This document shows, one piece after another, positions 22,129 to 36,037 of a stretch of DNA of 64,000 nt (the stretch's first letter is position 1; each line of letters begins with the position of its first letter). Under the pieces are notes generated by a model. It was given only the letters and a program-made list of their open reading frames with translations. It had not been told where the DNA came from and made no database searches. Origin of the DNA: Nemertoderma westbladi (Eukaryota > Animalia > Xenacoelomorpha); the NCBI GenBank assembly GCA_032718475.1, contig JAUCBJ010001712.1, positions 39,091 through 103,090 of the forward strand, in the 5' to 3' direction. The translations under genes were made by a program, and so were the position numbers.

Positions 22129-25100
22129 TTATTTACTAATATTGGGTGGAGATTTGTAGTCTCCTGTCTCGTTTCTAGTCTCCTCAAGGAGCACGAGACG
22201 TTGTACAGGTCTGTCTACGGTACGTCCGTCGATAGTCCTTACAGTAACTGTTCTCACTACACCAGATGTAGGGTGCGTGGTCAAAATGACTCCAGTCAGC
22301 CAAAACCGTCTTTTCAGATTGGCTTCAGCCAATAAAACGTGGTCTCCTCATCTCAAACATCGGGTATTAAGATACCAAGAGGTTCTGGTCGAAATAGAGG
22401 GCAAATAATATTTCTGCCATATTTCCCAGAATTTATTTGCAAGCAATTGAGTGATTTTCCAAGCTTTGTTGCCGTATCCGTCGCTATTAACGGGTACCGA
22501 AATGGGCAACAATGTCGTCGGCGCCTGCATAAGCAGGTGCGCTGGTGTCAAGGCGAACTGTGCGTCGTTATTGTCTGGGATCAAAGCGATCGGTCTAGTG
22601 TTCAAAATCGCTTCGATTTCTATTAGTAACGTCGTCAGTTGGTCGTCTGTCAAAATGTGTTGCGTCGGTACTACTTTAGCCATAGCTGTTTTAATTGAGC
22701 CAATCAGCCTTTACCAAACGCCGCCTCTCCATGGACTGTCTGGAGTATTAAAATACCAAACAATACGGTGAGGACGTAGTTCCTCGGAAATCTGGTTTTG
22801 GTCCAACTTTCTCAAAGCTCTGGTTATTTCGTTCCGTGCACCCACAAAGTTTGTCCCTTGGTCGCAGTAAATGGATGTGACCAATCCACGTCTAGCGATA
22901 AATCGCCGTAAGGCTAGGATAAAGGCATTGGTGGTCAAATCTGTCACTCGCTCTATATGGACAGCTCTGCTGGCCATGCAAGTGAAGATTAATCCCCAAC
23001 GTTTTACCTGTACCCTTCCGCGTTTCGCGATTATGGGTCCAGAACAGTCTATCCCTGTCTCAGTGAAAGGGGGTCTAAGTGCCTGTAATCTCGCTAGTGG
23101 TAGTTCACTCATTTCTTGGTGTCCTATCCTCGCGTGCACCTTCTTACAAATCATACAGTTCCGTGTTACCGAACTCAGTGCCTTACTAGGTCTAATCAGT
23201 ACAAACCTCGAGCGTAAGTGTGATAGACAGTGGTGTCTACCCACGTGTTTGAGTTGTACATATGCGTCCAGTATCATAGCGCGCTGCAATTCATGGTGTT
23301 GCGGTATGATGATAGGATACCTAAAGTCAAGTGCAAAGTCGATGTTTTGGAGTCTGGACTTGTGACAAAGTAAGCCCCGGTAAATAATCGGACTCCAACT
23401 CAAAATCGGTGAAGACTTAATCTGTTTACCTTGGTTGATCGCTGTGAACTCTTGTGCGAAATATCGCAATTGATAATGGCGAATGATATCAACTTCACAA
23501 TGGCCAACTTCCTTTAAGGTAAGTCTTCTAGGAAAGTCGCGTTTGCCTCTGGCATATTGTCTCAAACGTTTGAGCCATGCTAACTTGCGGCACGCGTCAG
23601 TCCATGATCTAGTTAGGTTTACTATCCGGTTAACATAAGTGTTGGTGACGTCATCAGGTAAGGTATAGTCGTATTGTGGATACTTGTCTGGACTTGGTAG
23701 GCCCATGGGCCTTCCGGTAGGTTTGTCTGAGTCCCCAAGTACGTCAATCTCTACGGTCTTACCTTTACCGTCTGCACCTAATGTGTCGACTGGCAGTAAC
23801 GGTTTCAACTCTACAGTGTCAGTGTGTTCCTGTGAGCCTGTAAGCTTCCTAACCTTAGTCACACGTTTACCTGTAGGTGGTAAGTCAAGTACCTTCTTTG
23901 AGCGGAGTGTGATCGCTGTGGCCACACCTCTGTCGTCCAAAGAAGTCAAATTCGGTAAGTTTCTAAATGTCTGCTCCAATGGGTCTTCTAGTGGAGTGTC
24001 TGGTAGACAGTCTGGTGACGTGTCCGGTGAACAGTCTGGTGAGACGTCTGGTGAGACATAGCGCGGAACTTCCGGCGAAATGTCCTGTCGTCGGTCCCAA
24101 AGTCTGTCTGGCGTAACTTCTGTCAGAAAGTCTGGTCCAAAGTCTGGTCTAAAGTCTGGTGGACAGTCTGTCGAGATGTCTGGTGGAAAGTCTGGTGAGA
24201 CGTCCGGTAGACATTCTGTCGAGAGTTCCATCAAACAGTCTGGCCAACAATCCGGAGAACAATCTGGTGTCACTTCTGGTGAATAATCTGGTGAGTAATC
24301 TGGTGAAAAATCCGGCGAAACGTCTGGTGAAATCTCCCGCGGAACATCCGGCGAAGGATTCGTACAAGCGTCTGGTCGAGTGTCTGGTGAGACGTCTGGC
24401 GTCCAGGTCATCAGATTTCATCCGTCCTTGTTTCCTCTTGACCTTGGCGTTGGCTTTCGCTTTGGACTTAACAACCTTGTCGATTTTTATCTCGGCACCT
24501 TCTGGTATGGTGTTGGTTGTCGCGTCGAATAACGGTGGCCATTCGTCTGATGGTCGCTGTAGGAAATCGGGTCCTCTAAACCAAAAGGATTTATTGTCCG
24601 GTTTACAAAAGTCAAGTGGTTGCATCCCCCGTGACGCGATGTCAGCTGGGTTCAGCTTCCCTGGACAGTGACGCCAATCTTGTTTGAGCGACCGGTCTAA
24701 TATTTCAGCCCGTCTGTTGGCTACGAAAGTCTTGAACTCAAATGCTTCGTTGTTTATGTACCAAAGTACCAACGTCGCATCCGTCCAATATGTGACCTTC
24801 AAGTTAGCCTCCAGCTCGTGTTGAACTAGACTGACAATATCAGTGGATATCGTCCCGGCTTGCAGCTCCCCACGAGGTACAGTCATATACTTCAATGGCA
24901 TTGTTCTAGCTCTTGAAGTAACGAGAGACACTTCGTAGCTGTCCGATGTCACTTGTCGTCTAAGGTACTAAGTAACCCCCAATCCATCCTTGCTAGCGTC
25001 ACTAAAGCTGTGAAGCTCTAAATCGGCTGGAAAGGTGGTTTGCAAAGGAAAGTATACCCTCGGTATGGTATAGTCTTGTAGGAACGTCAGTTGGGCTTCC

Positions 25101-28100
25101 CAGTCCCTCCATCGTTCAGCTAACTTTTCTGGGATGGGATCGTCCCATTCCAGTCCGGCTTGCCAAATGCTGCGGAGTATGATCCTAGCATGTAGGATCA
25201 CTGGACTAATGAAACACAATGGGTCATACAATCGACTCATGGTCGATAAGCAAGTCCTCTTAGTGAGAGGTCTAGTCTGGTCGTTGGACCTTACACGTAC
25301 CCTAAAATTGTCGGTGTTAGGGTCCCAACTAAGTCCTAATACTTTGGTCGTCGGCAGAGGTTCTAGGTCTAAGTCTAAATCACCTCCACTGCGATCCATC
25401 GGGTCAAATGAGTTCACCAGTTCGGGTTCGTTGGAAGCGAACTTCGTCAGGTGGAATCCGCCCTCAGCGAGACAATCCTGGAGTTGGTGTGCTACGGTTG
25501 TAGCGCGCTCCAAGGTGTCACAACTCTTGAGGCCGTCATCCGCGTAGAAATCTCGTTCCACGGTCCGAACTACTTCTGGGTCAAATTGGTCTCGTCTGTC
25601 CAATGCGGTCTGCTTTAAGGCGTACATGGTGCAGTTGGGGCTGTCCCTGGCTCCGTAGACTCTTACCTGCATTTGGTAAGTTTCTGGCGGAAGTTCTAAA
25701 TTTCCGTCCGGATACCAAAGAAACCTCAAGCTGTCCCTGTCCCGCTCCAAAGCCTTAACCTGGTGAAACATGGCCTCTACGTCACAGGTGAAAGCCACTT
25801 TGCGTTGTCTAAAACGCATTAGGACTCCCATGAGGTAATTGTTCATATTCGGCCCGTCCATCAGTTCGCTGTTCATAGACATCCCTTGGTAAAGCGCAGT
25901 GCAGTCGTTGACTACACGCACCTTGCCAGGTTTGTCCGGGTGTCGAACAAAATGATGTGGCAGGTAATATGTCTGGTCTGTGGTTACCTCGGGATTTAAC
26001 ATCCTAATGGCGTATCCCTTTTGGAGATACGTCTGAAGTTGTGCATTGTATTGCATATGGGCTGTCTCATCTCGCAACAATCGCTGCCTTATTGATTTGA
26101 GTCGCCTCAAAGCAAGCAGGTAATTGTTAACGAGTTTAGGTTGTCCATTGCGCCACAACATACCAACCTCATAGTGGCCATTCGCGTTCTGGCGAATGGT
26201 ATCTCTCATAATATTTAATGACCGTTTTTCCTGTTCTGACATAGCGGTCTCGTAACTACCGGGTTCTGCTGAATGCTGTTCCAATCATTGAATGGACAAC
26301 TTCTTGATCTATCGGTAGGCTCGCAAGCCTTCCAAGATCAACGACCGGTGTCGAAGCCTGGTGGGTGGGGTCAATGACCTTCGGATTTTTCGGTAGGCTC
26401 GCAAGCCTTCCAAAATCCTCGTTCATCGAGTCATCCACAGCAACAACCCTTTGGTCTTCGGTAGTCAATACAACCTGGTTTACTGCAAGTAGTTGTAAGT
26501 CAGAGGTCCGTGTGGTCGTGTCCAGATCAGTTACGTCAGTATCGGTGGCGTCTGCGTTAGCGACGCAAGTCTGTCGTAGTGCCGTCCGTACAATTGGACC
26601 ACGGGAGTGTGAAGGAGAGTTATCTATCGTAGTAGTCAATAAACTACACGTACTCAAAACATCGTCCTCCTGGTCACTTACCTCTAGTGAACGTATTGGT
26701 GCTCTAGTATACCAACCTATGGGAGTTCTACATGCGTAGGGGTTGCCCGCTGTAATAACAGATGGGCGTGTCTCCCATACCTGATGTAAGTTAAACTGGT
26801 CTGTCCCAATTAACATCGCAATGGAACGATAATTAACAGGACATTCCGGTATTCCAAGGTGTCGGAAATACTTATGATCTTCTGGTGATTGCTCTGGCAC
26901 AGGGCCAAGCAGGTTACTAAAGTCCTTCGTAACTGCAAAGGTCAAATTTCCGCAAAGGCAAATGAGCGCTCCTCCTTGCTGTGTTCCGCTTTGGAAAGAA
27001 GAGTGTCTAAGGTTAGTTTTACTCTTGTCACAGGGATCGCTCTCTTACCATGCATGCTGCTTACAGTATACTGAGCAGTCTTACCTTGACTCATGTCCGT
27101 AACCACATCGGCTACTTGTTCGTCGACATAACTATGCGATGACGCAGAGTCTAAGATAGCGTATATATACGCTTGCTCCCTTGGGTTCCGGTAATCTTTA
27201 TAGGAATCACGCTAAACCCTTTCAATTGGTTCTGTGTGAGGAGCATTACCGATGGTTGTTCCTCACCCGCATGCACGTAGAAAGTGTCGTCTTCCTCCTC
27301 GTCCTCGTCCGATGATCCTGACTGATCCATACAGTCCGTGTAAAACGTACGGATCTCGCGCGGCGCACACTCTTTATATAATGCGTCGCATCTAGCCGCT
27401 TTATCTGGATGCTCTCGTCGAAAGCGTCTGGTCGGAGTATGACTGGTTGTGTGAAGCAACGTGTCATGGTTACGTCCACACAGAGGACATGTATCGTCGC
27501 TCGGGCAATCCTTCCGGACGTGTCCTGGCTTCGTACATCTCCAGCAAGAATCTAACGATCGAATTTGGAGTCTCCTCTCTTCGATTCCTAACTCCTTAAA
27601 AGCGCGACATCCACGAAGTTTATGTCCGCTATGGTTTCTGCCGTTCCGCTCACAGTATGAGCATCCCACAAAGTCCGCCGGCAACTGTTGTCATGGCTGC
27701 GTGGTGCCGATAGGCGTCAGAACTTTAGAAGTCTCAGTAGGGGTGGCGTGGGTAACGGCTTTCGCGTTCGTCGGAGATGGTTTAGTCCGATTCGGCGCAG
27801 AAATAGCTATCCCTTCTGCCGCGATATGGTGATCGGTGTAATTCGATCGAGTCTCGATCACGGCCTCCCGCGAAATCAGTTGATAGACGTCGGTCAGTTT
27901 TAATAACCCGTCGGCCTCTTCACGCTGGTACTCGATGCGTCGCCATTCTCGTCGTAGTCGATGATGAAGTCGACCGATTATTCGAATGAGAACTGTCCTT
28001 GCGTTAGCGTATTCGAGTTGTCCAATGGACCGTAAAGTCCCTATAGCGTTTTTGATTTCGTCCGTGAGTCGTAGAAGATCGATCGGTTTCGAAATGCTGC

Positions 28101-30819
28101 CTCCTCTGCAGAGGTCTTCGATAATGGATTTAGCCATGGCGACGTTACCTCCGTAAATCGAATATAAACAGTCGTACACCAACTCAAAGGCATCGGGAAC
28201 ACCAATAAAGGTTTCCGCTAATCGTTTCGGCTCACCAGACAGGACTAGGAGCAAGTAATTAAACTTCTCCGTCGAGGTGAAAGCACACTTAGCGATCTGG
28301 GACTCTACGTAGTCTACTAGTGTGCGCCAGTGTTTCGCGTTGCCAGAGAACTTCGGCGGTTGCTGTGCCGGTAATCCGTGTCTAGCCGCGAATTTCGCAA
28401 TCTCGCTAACCAAATCCAACTGTCCGCGTCCCTGTTCGGTGGCGTCGTCCAGTCGTCCCCTTCCGCGTGTTGTTTGGCGGTAAGAATTATTAACGGGATC
28501 TTCTTCTCGATGTGTCGGAGTCTGTCTAGTCTCCTGTTCTCGTCTTGGTAGTCGATGTTGTCTAGGTTTTTCTAACTCCACGCTGGTTCGTGATCGATCC
28601 GACAGTTGCGCTTCGAGTCGTTCTTCGAGTTGAGCTAGTCGGTCCGTCATCTCGGTGAACTGTTTGGCGCTGATCGTTTCCGCTGGTTTCAACGTGGGTT
28701 TCTGCAAAGGTGTTTCTCGTGGAGGATTATCGATGTAGGGGTTCATCAATCGTTCCTCCGGTTTGTAATCCGCTGTCTCTGCCGCTCCAGTACGGAATAT
28801 TTCCCGTTCCGTCGACTCCGAGTCACTGGATGAGTCGCTGTCGTCCGGATAAGATGGCTGGCGGTTTCGCGTCCGGCGTATTACTTTTGGTCTTGTTCGT
28901 TGAAGTCTAGAGTCTATGGTTCTCCGTCGTTCGGTAGGCTCGCAAGCCTTCCACGAAGTCGTAGGTCTCATTATACGTTGTTCGATCCCGTGGGTACTAC
29001 CCACATCCATCCTCCTCCGTAGTTCGGTAGGCTCACAAGCCTTCCACGAAGTCGTAGGTTGCGTCGAACATTGTGTCAAAGGTCGAGTGAAATAGTCGGG
29101 TTTCGTAGTCGGTCTATAAATAACTGGGTTCGCACAGCACGTCACAGGTTTAACTTGTAATGGTTTACTCACCTGTTTAATTGTCATAAACGCAGGTTCC
29201 TCTCTTCCTACAAGTAGACTACGACTTACTGTAGGTGGACTAGTTATGTTACCTGCTAAAATTGGCGATGAAGTCGCTCTAGGTTGCGGTATTTCCGTCA
29301 CAACAAACCTGTTGCCTTGCGTCGAACGCACAGGCGTTATTTCCTTAGGTTTCGTAACAAAGACTGGTTTTATCGAAGTCGTGGGTTTGAGCATAGGAAT
29401 AACTTGGGGAAAACGTTTACAGTAATCCTCGACGAACTCCTCTCCTCGATCTATCGCTCCCACACTTCCTTCCTAGATTCGCTTCTGAATTCCGCGATAT
29501 CGAGCTTCCATGCGATCCAGGGCAGACAAGTCGTGTCCAGCTCGCGATCTTATAGATCTATCTCTCGCGTCGAGTTCAAGGTCCGCTTGCGCGTTCGCTG
29601 CCTCACGCGATCTACGATTCAGCTCGAACTGTAGTTGCATCTCCCTTTCGCGTCGATCCGCTACTTGTTGTTGTGCCGCTAACTCCGCTTCCTGTATAGC
29701 TAAACGAGTGTTTATTTGTCGCGCCTCCAACTTGGCGCAAGCGTCGGATGCTGCTTTCTTCCGTGCTAATTCGTTGGCTGCCGCCGCCGCGGCTGCTTCT
29801 TGTGCTAAGTCTTCCTCCAGTCTCCTCATTTCTGAGGTTTCTAATTCGGCTTGCGCCTTGAGTTGCGCAATTCTCGCCTCATCCTCTCTATGTTGTTTCT
29901 CTCCCTCGATGGCGATCTGTGCCATCCTCTGTTGCGCTTCTTCCTCGATGACTTGTTGTCGGCGTGCAACCTCCTGTTGTTGTCGAGTAATTACAGATGC
30001 TGTTCTACTAACGTCGCCAACGTCGCCAACGTCGCTCCATACACTAACGAACGATCTATCCAGTGGTGGAATTTGGTAGGCTCGCGAGCCTTCCGTAGTA
30101 AGAACTTCCGTCGTCCCTCGCGGTTTGACTTCCGGTTCGTCGATCGGTACGCCACATCTACGAAGAAAAGTGGTGAGCGTCTCTAACCTCCCGTCCAGGC
30201 AGTAGAGTTCTTCTTCCTCTTCGGGTTGTAACAACGCGTCTGAAACTGACTCACCTAGCAGTTGATCGAACTGCTCCTGTTGAGCCAATCTTATCACCGA
30301 CTTAAACTGAATAATGCTTTCTCTCGCACTTACCAACTTGTCTATTATCTTTACCTGAGTAAAGTTATCGCCACGCAACTCTGCAAGTTCGTGTAAACCT
30401 TTAAGTTTATCTACGGAGGCATGTACCCTACCTTCTATCCTTACCTGTAAGGTGTAGAACTCGTATCTCGACATCGGGGCGGTTAGCTCGCGTAAAACAC
30501 GAAAACCTTCTCCGAGGTTCCGAGTAATCTGGGCCATGTGTCCTCCTATACTCCTAATAACGTTCTCCTGGCTTCCAGTCGAACTTACCATGTCCGGTTC
30601 CCGCGATCTGGTCTGCGGGACGGTAAGGAAATCTTCGATTCTGCCATCGCCACACGTTGCGGCTTCCGGTATTTCCGTTCGGGGTACCGGCGACGCACGC
30701 GGTGTGACGTCGGTAGAATCTCGGGTTCTCCTTCTCGGGTCGTCTACTGTCGATCTGTCCGGGTCGCACGAGTCATAGTCGGTAGGTGGGTATCGAGTCG
30801 AATGGGGTGTGTCACTCAT
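22129..30819 (-). pseudogene. Bel/Pao gag-pol polyprotein of element A, disrupted by stops and frameshifts
   Basis: PPKFSG gag motif, CWRCTKPGHVRKDC knuckle, protease region (ILDSAS in the shifted frame), RT DVEAMFHQV and FYADD, RNase H FSDAS and NPAD, integrase GIDCSGP and DQGTNF. Confidence 0.93.
23995..24415 (-). repeat. 12-bp degenerate coding repeat (S/T/R-P-D/E-x) between RNase H and integrase
   Basis: Many TCTGGTGA-like units; peptide SPDVSPDFSPDYSPDY... Confidence 0.85.
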
Positions 30820-31451
30820 GTCTTATTATATATGTCAAGTATGGGTAATAAAATGTCAAAGTATCTGAATGTTGAAGTATCAAACTTACCTTGGTATATA
30901 TAGTATATATATACCCTAACCAGTACAAATAAATCAACAAAGTCAGAATGTCGAAATGTCAAAATGTCGAAATGTCCAAATGTCAAACTTACCTTGATAT
31001 ATATATATATCATATATATACCCTAACCGGTACAAATAAAACTAACAAAGTATATAATAAAATAAGTAATAATCTAGCCTACCGGCTAAATTTGTACGAA
31101 TAAGTGAGATAACGGTATACGTTACCAAAATGTAGATCAACAAGTACAAATAATAGGCAAAACAGCAACGTCTAACGGGAAAATAAGTACCAACAACACT
31201 ACTAATAGACAGTGAAACCCACAAATTTTGAGTACTACTGTGCTTTCTTAAGTTTGAACGACACGAGTCGTAAAACTTATGTTCCTTTGATCTTCCAGTC
31301 GTGCAAATTCCCAAATACAAACCGGACGTGGGTCGTTCCGTTTTTCGGTAGCACGGACGAATTTTTTGTCTCCCAAACTTTGCGAAAAGTTGTCTAATCC
31401 TCGAAGCGGTCCAGAAATGAGTCCTTGAGTCCTGAAAGGTCGAAGGTGAGA

Positions 31452-34400
31452 CATGACCTACTATAGATACGACCCGCTAAGCTGCTGCAAAGCCCCTAAA
31501 TTTAGTGGGCCAGTTATTTCCCTTAGATAGAACCCCTGAAACAATACGTCTAGCGCGTCGAAAGTACTTGTCCCTAACTAAAATTATGTCCTCTTTCAGG
31601 TGAGGCAAATAAAAATTTAATAGCTCCAGTAGTTTTCGAGATATGAGGAGTTCCTGGCACCCATACCATATCAGCACCTTTCGGAATAGAAAAAATACTG
31701 AAAATACACCACCCTTCAAAGACTTTGGTATAACCATACTATGCTTTTTTGGTTTGTTGAATTCATTATTAGTAATCGAAAGCAAGATTAGAAGCAAAAA
31801 AGCTTTTATTTTTAATAGACACTAAAACAGCACCAAAAGTACAAGTAGCTCAAAATTTTAAAATATCCAAACGTGGTAAATTGGCCACACAGTTTGGCTA
31901 CTGAGGTTTTAGAATGTGCTGATCTCATTGGCAAGGTTTATAAGATTTTGCAATTGTCAAAAATGGTACGAAAATGACAAGTTTCATCCATTACAAGCAA
32001 TTTCATTGCAAACTCATTTCCAAAAATGGCGTTTATTATGTTCAAAGTAATGGAATTTTGTTGCTATTCACTATTTACACATTACTATTCACATTATTCA
32101 CTTAGTTACAAATAGTTACAAATAGAAAGAGACTGAATAATTCATTTTTTTTTAAGTTGACGAGTTTTAAATTCTTTAATTGTATCCTTCCTAGAGCACT
32201 GGGAGTGTTCCTTTGCCACATTTTTTCCAAAGACATTGCAGACCGTGGTAAAGACAACTTTAATAGTGTTCTGTATATGTTTATCACAACCGATGCCCAT
32301 AAATGGGCTGTGTTCGCAAACATGATTCAAAACCACTTGCGCAACCTTTCTGTACGGCAATTCTTGTTCTAGAATTACGGTCTCAGCTCGATCCAAAATT
32401 ACAAAGGCATGTTTTACTAGTTCACGAAGACTTTCTGTAGGGAATATTAGCCCGCCCTGATCTAAAAGTTTAAAAAACGGTGTTATTTTAACTATTCGTC
32501 ACATTGATATTTCTTTAGTAACTTGTGTGCTATGTAGCCAGCTACACAAACAGTAGCCTCGGTTGTCGCCTCATCAACATCATAAACAAATTCGATACTA
32601 TATATATTCTCTAAGAGATCAGTGAAATCGAAATCCAGAGATCGATCTACAATAACGTCTTCTAAACAAATATTCTCCTTTAGCATAGATTTAACACGAA
32701 TGATATTTTCTGACCTAATAACTTCTAATAAGCTCACCAAAAAACGACCCCCACTCATTTGCCTGTACTTTGAATAGTTTGAATTTGAATATAAATAGTT
32801 TGAATAGAAACAACCATATAACAAAGTATTCCACTTGCTAATTCTCCATCAGAACAAGCCCCAACCAAATCGCCGCCACTATACTGCTCCTGTTGCTGTA
32901 GGAACATTTCATCAATCAATAAAACAACATCGTGCCCGATCTTATCTTCTCGAAGTAACTTTGTTAACGCCTTCATCGAATCAATGCCACCTGAAATTAG
33001 GTTCCTCAGTAAGCAGTCAGACGGTAAGGAAATTTCATTACGCATCATCTAAAATAGAAAAAAAGTAAGGTGTTGAAGGAAAATATATAAAATGCATTAA
33101 TTACAGTATTAAATAATGCATTAAATTAATTAATAAAACTACTAAAGAGGGAGAGTCAACCACTAACACTTGGATATTGGACATTCTAGAACCACATAAC
33201 TCTTGTTATTTAACGCCTATTTAACATAACAATTATTTAACATAATAAATCTGTAATTAAATTTACATTCATTTCACACATTCATTTTCACTTTGCTCTC
33301 GATTCTTAATTAACCTCGCTACGCTCGGGCTCTGGATTGGTAAAAAAGAACAATAACAAACCTGACTTAACTAAAAATAATATATAATATATTAATATAT
33401 AATAATATAATATTAAATAGATTTATTCTAATCGTGTTTGACAGCCTACCTTGTATGCACTATAGGATGTATATCTCAGCAACAGAGCAAAACGAAGTTC
33501 ACTACTTGAATACTTAGGCCTGCCTTTGGGTTTGTTGTATTTCAGGGATAGAAGTCCTTTAATTATGTCTTGAGATTCCGTCGTCACATTTCGAATATAA
33601 GAAAGCATATTTACAATCATCGTTGTAGATGTTAATTGACTTCGAGAAGATCTAAAAAAATAAGTTAAAATTATATACATTATATAATAATTATTTATTT
33701 TTACAAGAAATGAAATGAAATTAACTATGAAACCGATTTACAGCAGTAATTATTTGGGTCTGTGCTGGCTGACAGAAAACAGAAAACACTATGGTGTTGT
33801 TGTAGTGACTTTTTATGCTTGATTGGAAGTTTAAAATGTGCACAATACGAGTTACACATAGTATATACCGGAATATAGTACTTTTTGTTTCATAATGGGC
33901 TGGCCGGAAACGGGCCAACCAACCCCTCCTATGACGTCGCCAAATATATACCGGTAACTATTATGCAAGTTTTAAATAATTTGGAACTGAACTAACCTTA
34001 ACCAAGATGGTTGGGGTATTGGTGTGCCTCCAATTGATAATTTGACATGTAGATCTGCGTCAACAGTTATACATTCTTGTAAAGCTGGTGTGTCACTAAA
34101 ATCCATTTTGTAAACAGACAGCCGTTTACCAGAACTGGTATTATGTAGACGAACCTCGTAATCGGAAAATTCTTTATTACCTTCTACATAATCCTCTACA
34201 TCAGCTAAAGAACTAATTTTAGTCTTCTTTGAGAAGTTTTGAATTTCATCCGGACGGTATATTCGTTTTAATGGAGGTTTTCTAGGAGTTTGGGGCATTT
34301 TGCGCAGCGAAGTTGGAACAGAATCCGGGTGAATCGTGGGAACAGCATCTTTGGATAAAGATGGCCGCTGTTGGTTGCTATGAATATATCGCCCGTCGAA

Positions 34401-35716
34401 ATGCAAACTGCAAATCTTAGCGGAAGCCCCTGGAGTCCATAACTGATCTGTGGAAGACCCTTGCCTAGTCGAACTAATAAATTCAACCCATTTACAATGG
34501 AATGGCGAATCTGGTGGAGGAAATCCGAACATTGAAATGGGTGTCGATTGCGGCAATGTGCCGCTGTAGCCCGAGCGGCATCCGTAAACACAGCATTTTC
34601 CCACCATAACTGCTGTGACCACATACAAATACAGTAGTATCATGACTATGTTCAGACCTATAGGCCGGCACGGGAGCCCGGCTGGGCGGGCCTTCACACT
34701 AGGTGAGTTCGTACTGTCGTAGCGGTGATAATAAATATAGGTTATCACTCAGTATATTGCTATAAACACATATAGACACCCCCGAAGTAATGCAATAATG
34801 GAAACGCCTAATCCAGTCAGACTGGTATTGACATGCCTGCATGCCTATCATCCATGTACCACCACAGTTGTACAGGCACAGTAGTGGCACAATGCAGTGC
34901 TCATACTGACATACCACATACGGAATAATACACTGTAGTAGTATATCTGTATATCCATTTATACAGCAGTACAGAAGAATTAATACAGTAGTAAAACAAT
35001 AATACAGTGCGACTGTCTGACTGTTATACTATGCAGCCTTGGCCATACCAATCCGTAGACCGGTAGGCCTACCAAGGAAGTGCAGTACTGTAAAATAGTA
35101 CCGGTACGTATCGTAAGTACTGGACCCTGCTCACTGCAGTAGGTACTGAAATAAAGTACTGTACAAGTTCACTGGCACTTCTGCACTTCGAAATTCCAAC
35201 TGAAACATTGGCCATTTCGAAAATAACACAAATTTATAAAACCATTGCCAAAAAACCTCAGTTTTTAAATTACAGGGTCAATTTACCACCTTTGGCTATT
35301 TGAAAATTTTGAGCTACTTGCACTTTTGGTGCTGTTTTAGTATATCTATTAAAAAATAAAAGGTTCAATTTTGCTTCTAATCTCACTTTCGATTACTAAT
35401 AATGAATTTAACAAACCAAAAAAGCATAGAATGGCTATACCAAAGTCTTTGAAGGGTGGTGTATTTTGAGTATTTTTTCAATTCTGAAAGGTGCTGATAT
35501 GGCATGGGTGCCAGGAACTCCTCATATCTCGAAAACTACTGGAGCTATTAAATTTTTATTTGTCTCACCTGAAAGAGGACATAATTTTAGTTAGGGACAA
35601 GTACTTTCGACGCGCTAGACCTATTATTTCAGGGATTATAACTAAGAGAAATAACTGGCCCACTAAATTTTGGGGCTTTGCAGCAGCTTAGCGGGTCGTA
35701 TCTATAGTAGGTCATG
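31452..35716 (-). mobile_element. P-superfamily (THAP, Galileo-like) DNA transposon, internally deleted, nested in element A
   Basis: CATG termini, ~440-bp TIRs, 7-bp TSD GGTGAGA (31445-31451, 35717-35723), THAP and transposase fragments. Confidence 0.9.
32142..34610 (-). pseudogene. Intron-containing THAP-domain P-type transposase with a central deletion
   Basis: THAP CCVYGC...FGFP...W...ICSLHF...AVPTI; LRFALLLRYTSYSAY; LLIDEM; KYRQMSGG; VAGYIA; region between ILCYMVVS and KYRQ is missing. Confidence 0.85.
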
Positions 35717-36037
35717 GGTGAGAGTTTTACTTCTACGCTAGGAAAAATCTTCCTAGGTACCGATACAACTTGGTCTTTAAACCCTATGTACCTTTTCAAG
35801 TACCGAAAAGTAACACCGCACACACACGGCGTAAAACAAATGCTACAAACTAACTATTAGCTAGTCAAATATTAAATACAAAGCACTAGCTACCCTAAAA
35901 GCCTACTGAAGCAGGGGACGTTCTACAAATTACTAAATTTACTAACCTTAAATTTTAGATATCTCCTACTTACAATAGCTAACAATATATACCACTGCAA
36001 AGTATACCTCTCACTTTCGTAAGAAAATATACCTCAC

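Noticed and set aside
29473-29475. Programmed readthrough stop in gag A (also 27691)
   Set aside because: Element B has sense codons (K, R) at the homologous positions, so these are nonsense mutations.
22339-30903. Many plus-strand ORFs overlapping element A pol (and similar antisense ORFs over B, C, D)
   Set aside because: Antisense shadows of long coding or repetitive sequence with no recognisable motifs.
31477-31797. ORFs in the P-element TIRs (also 35491-35691)
   Set aside because: Incidental frames mirrored by the inverted repeat.
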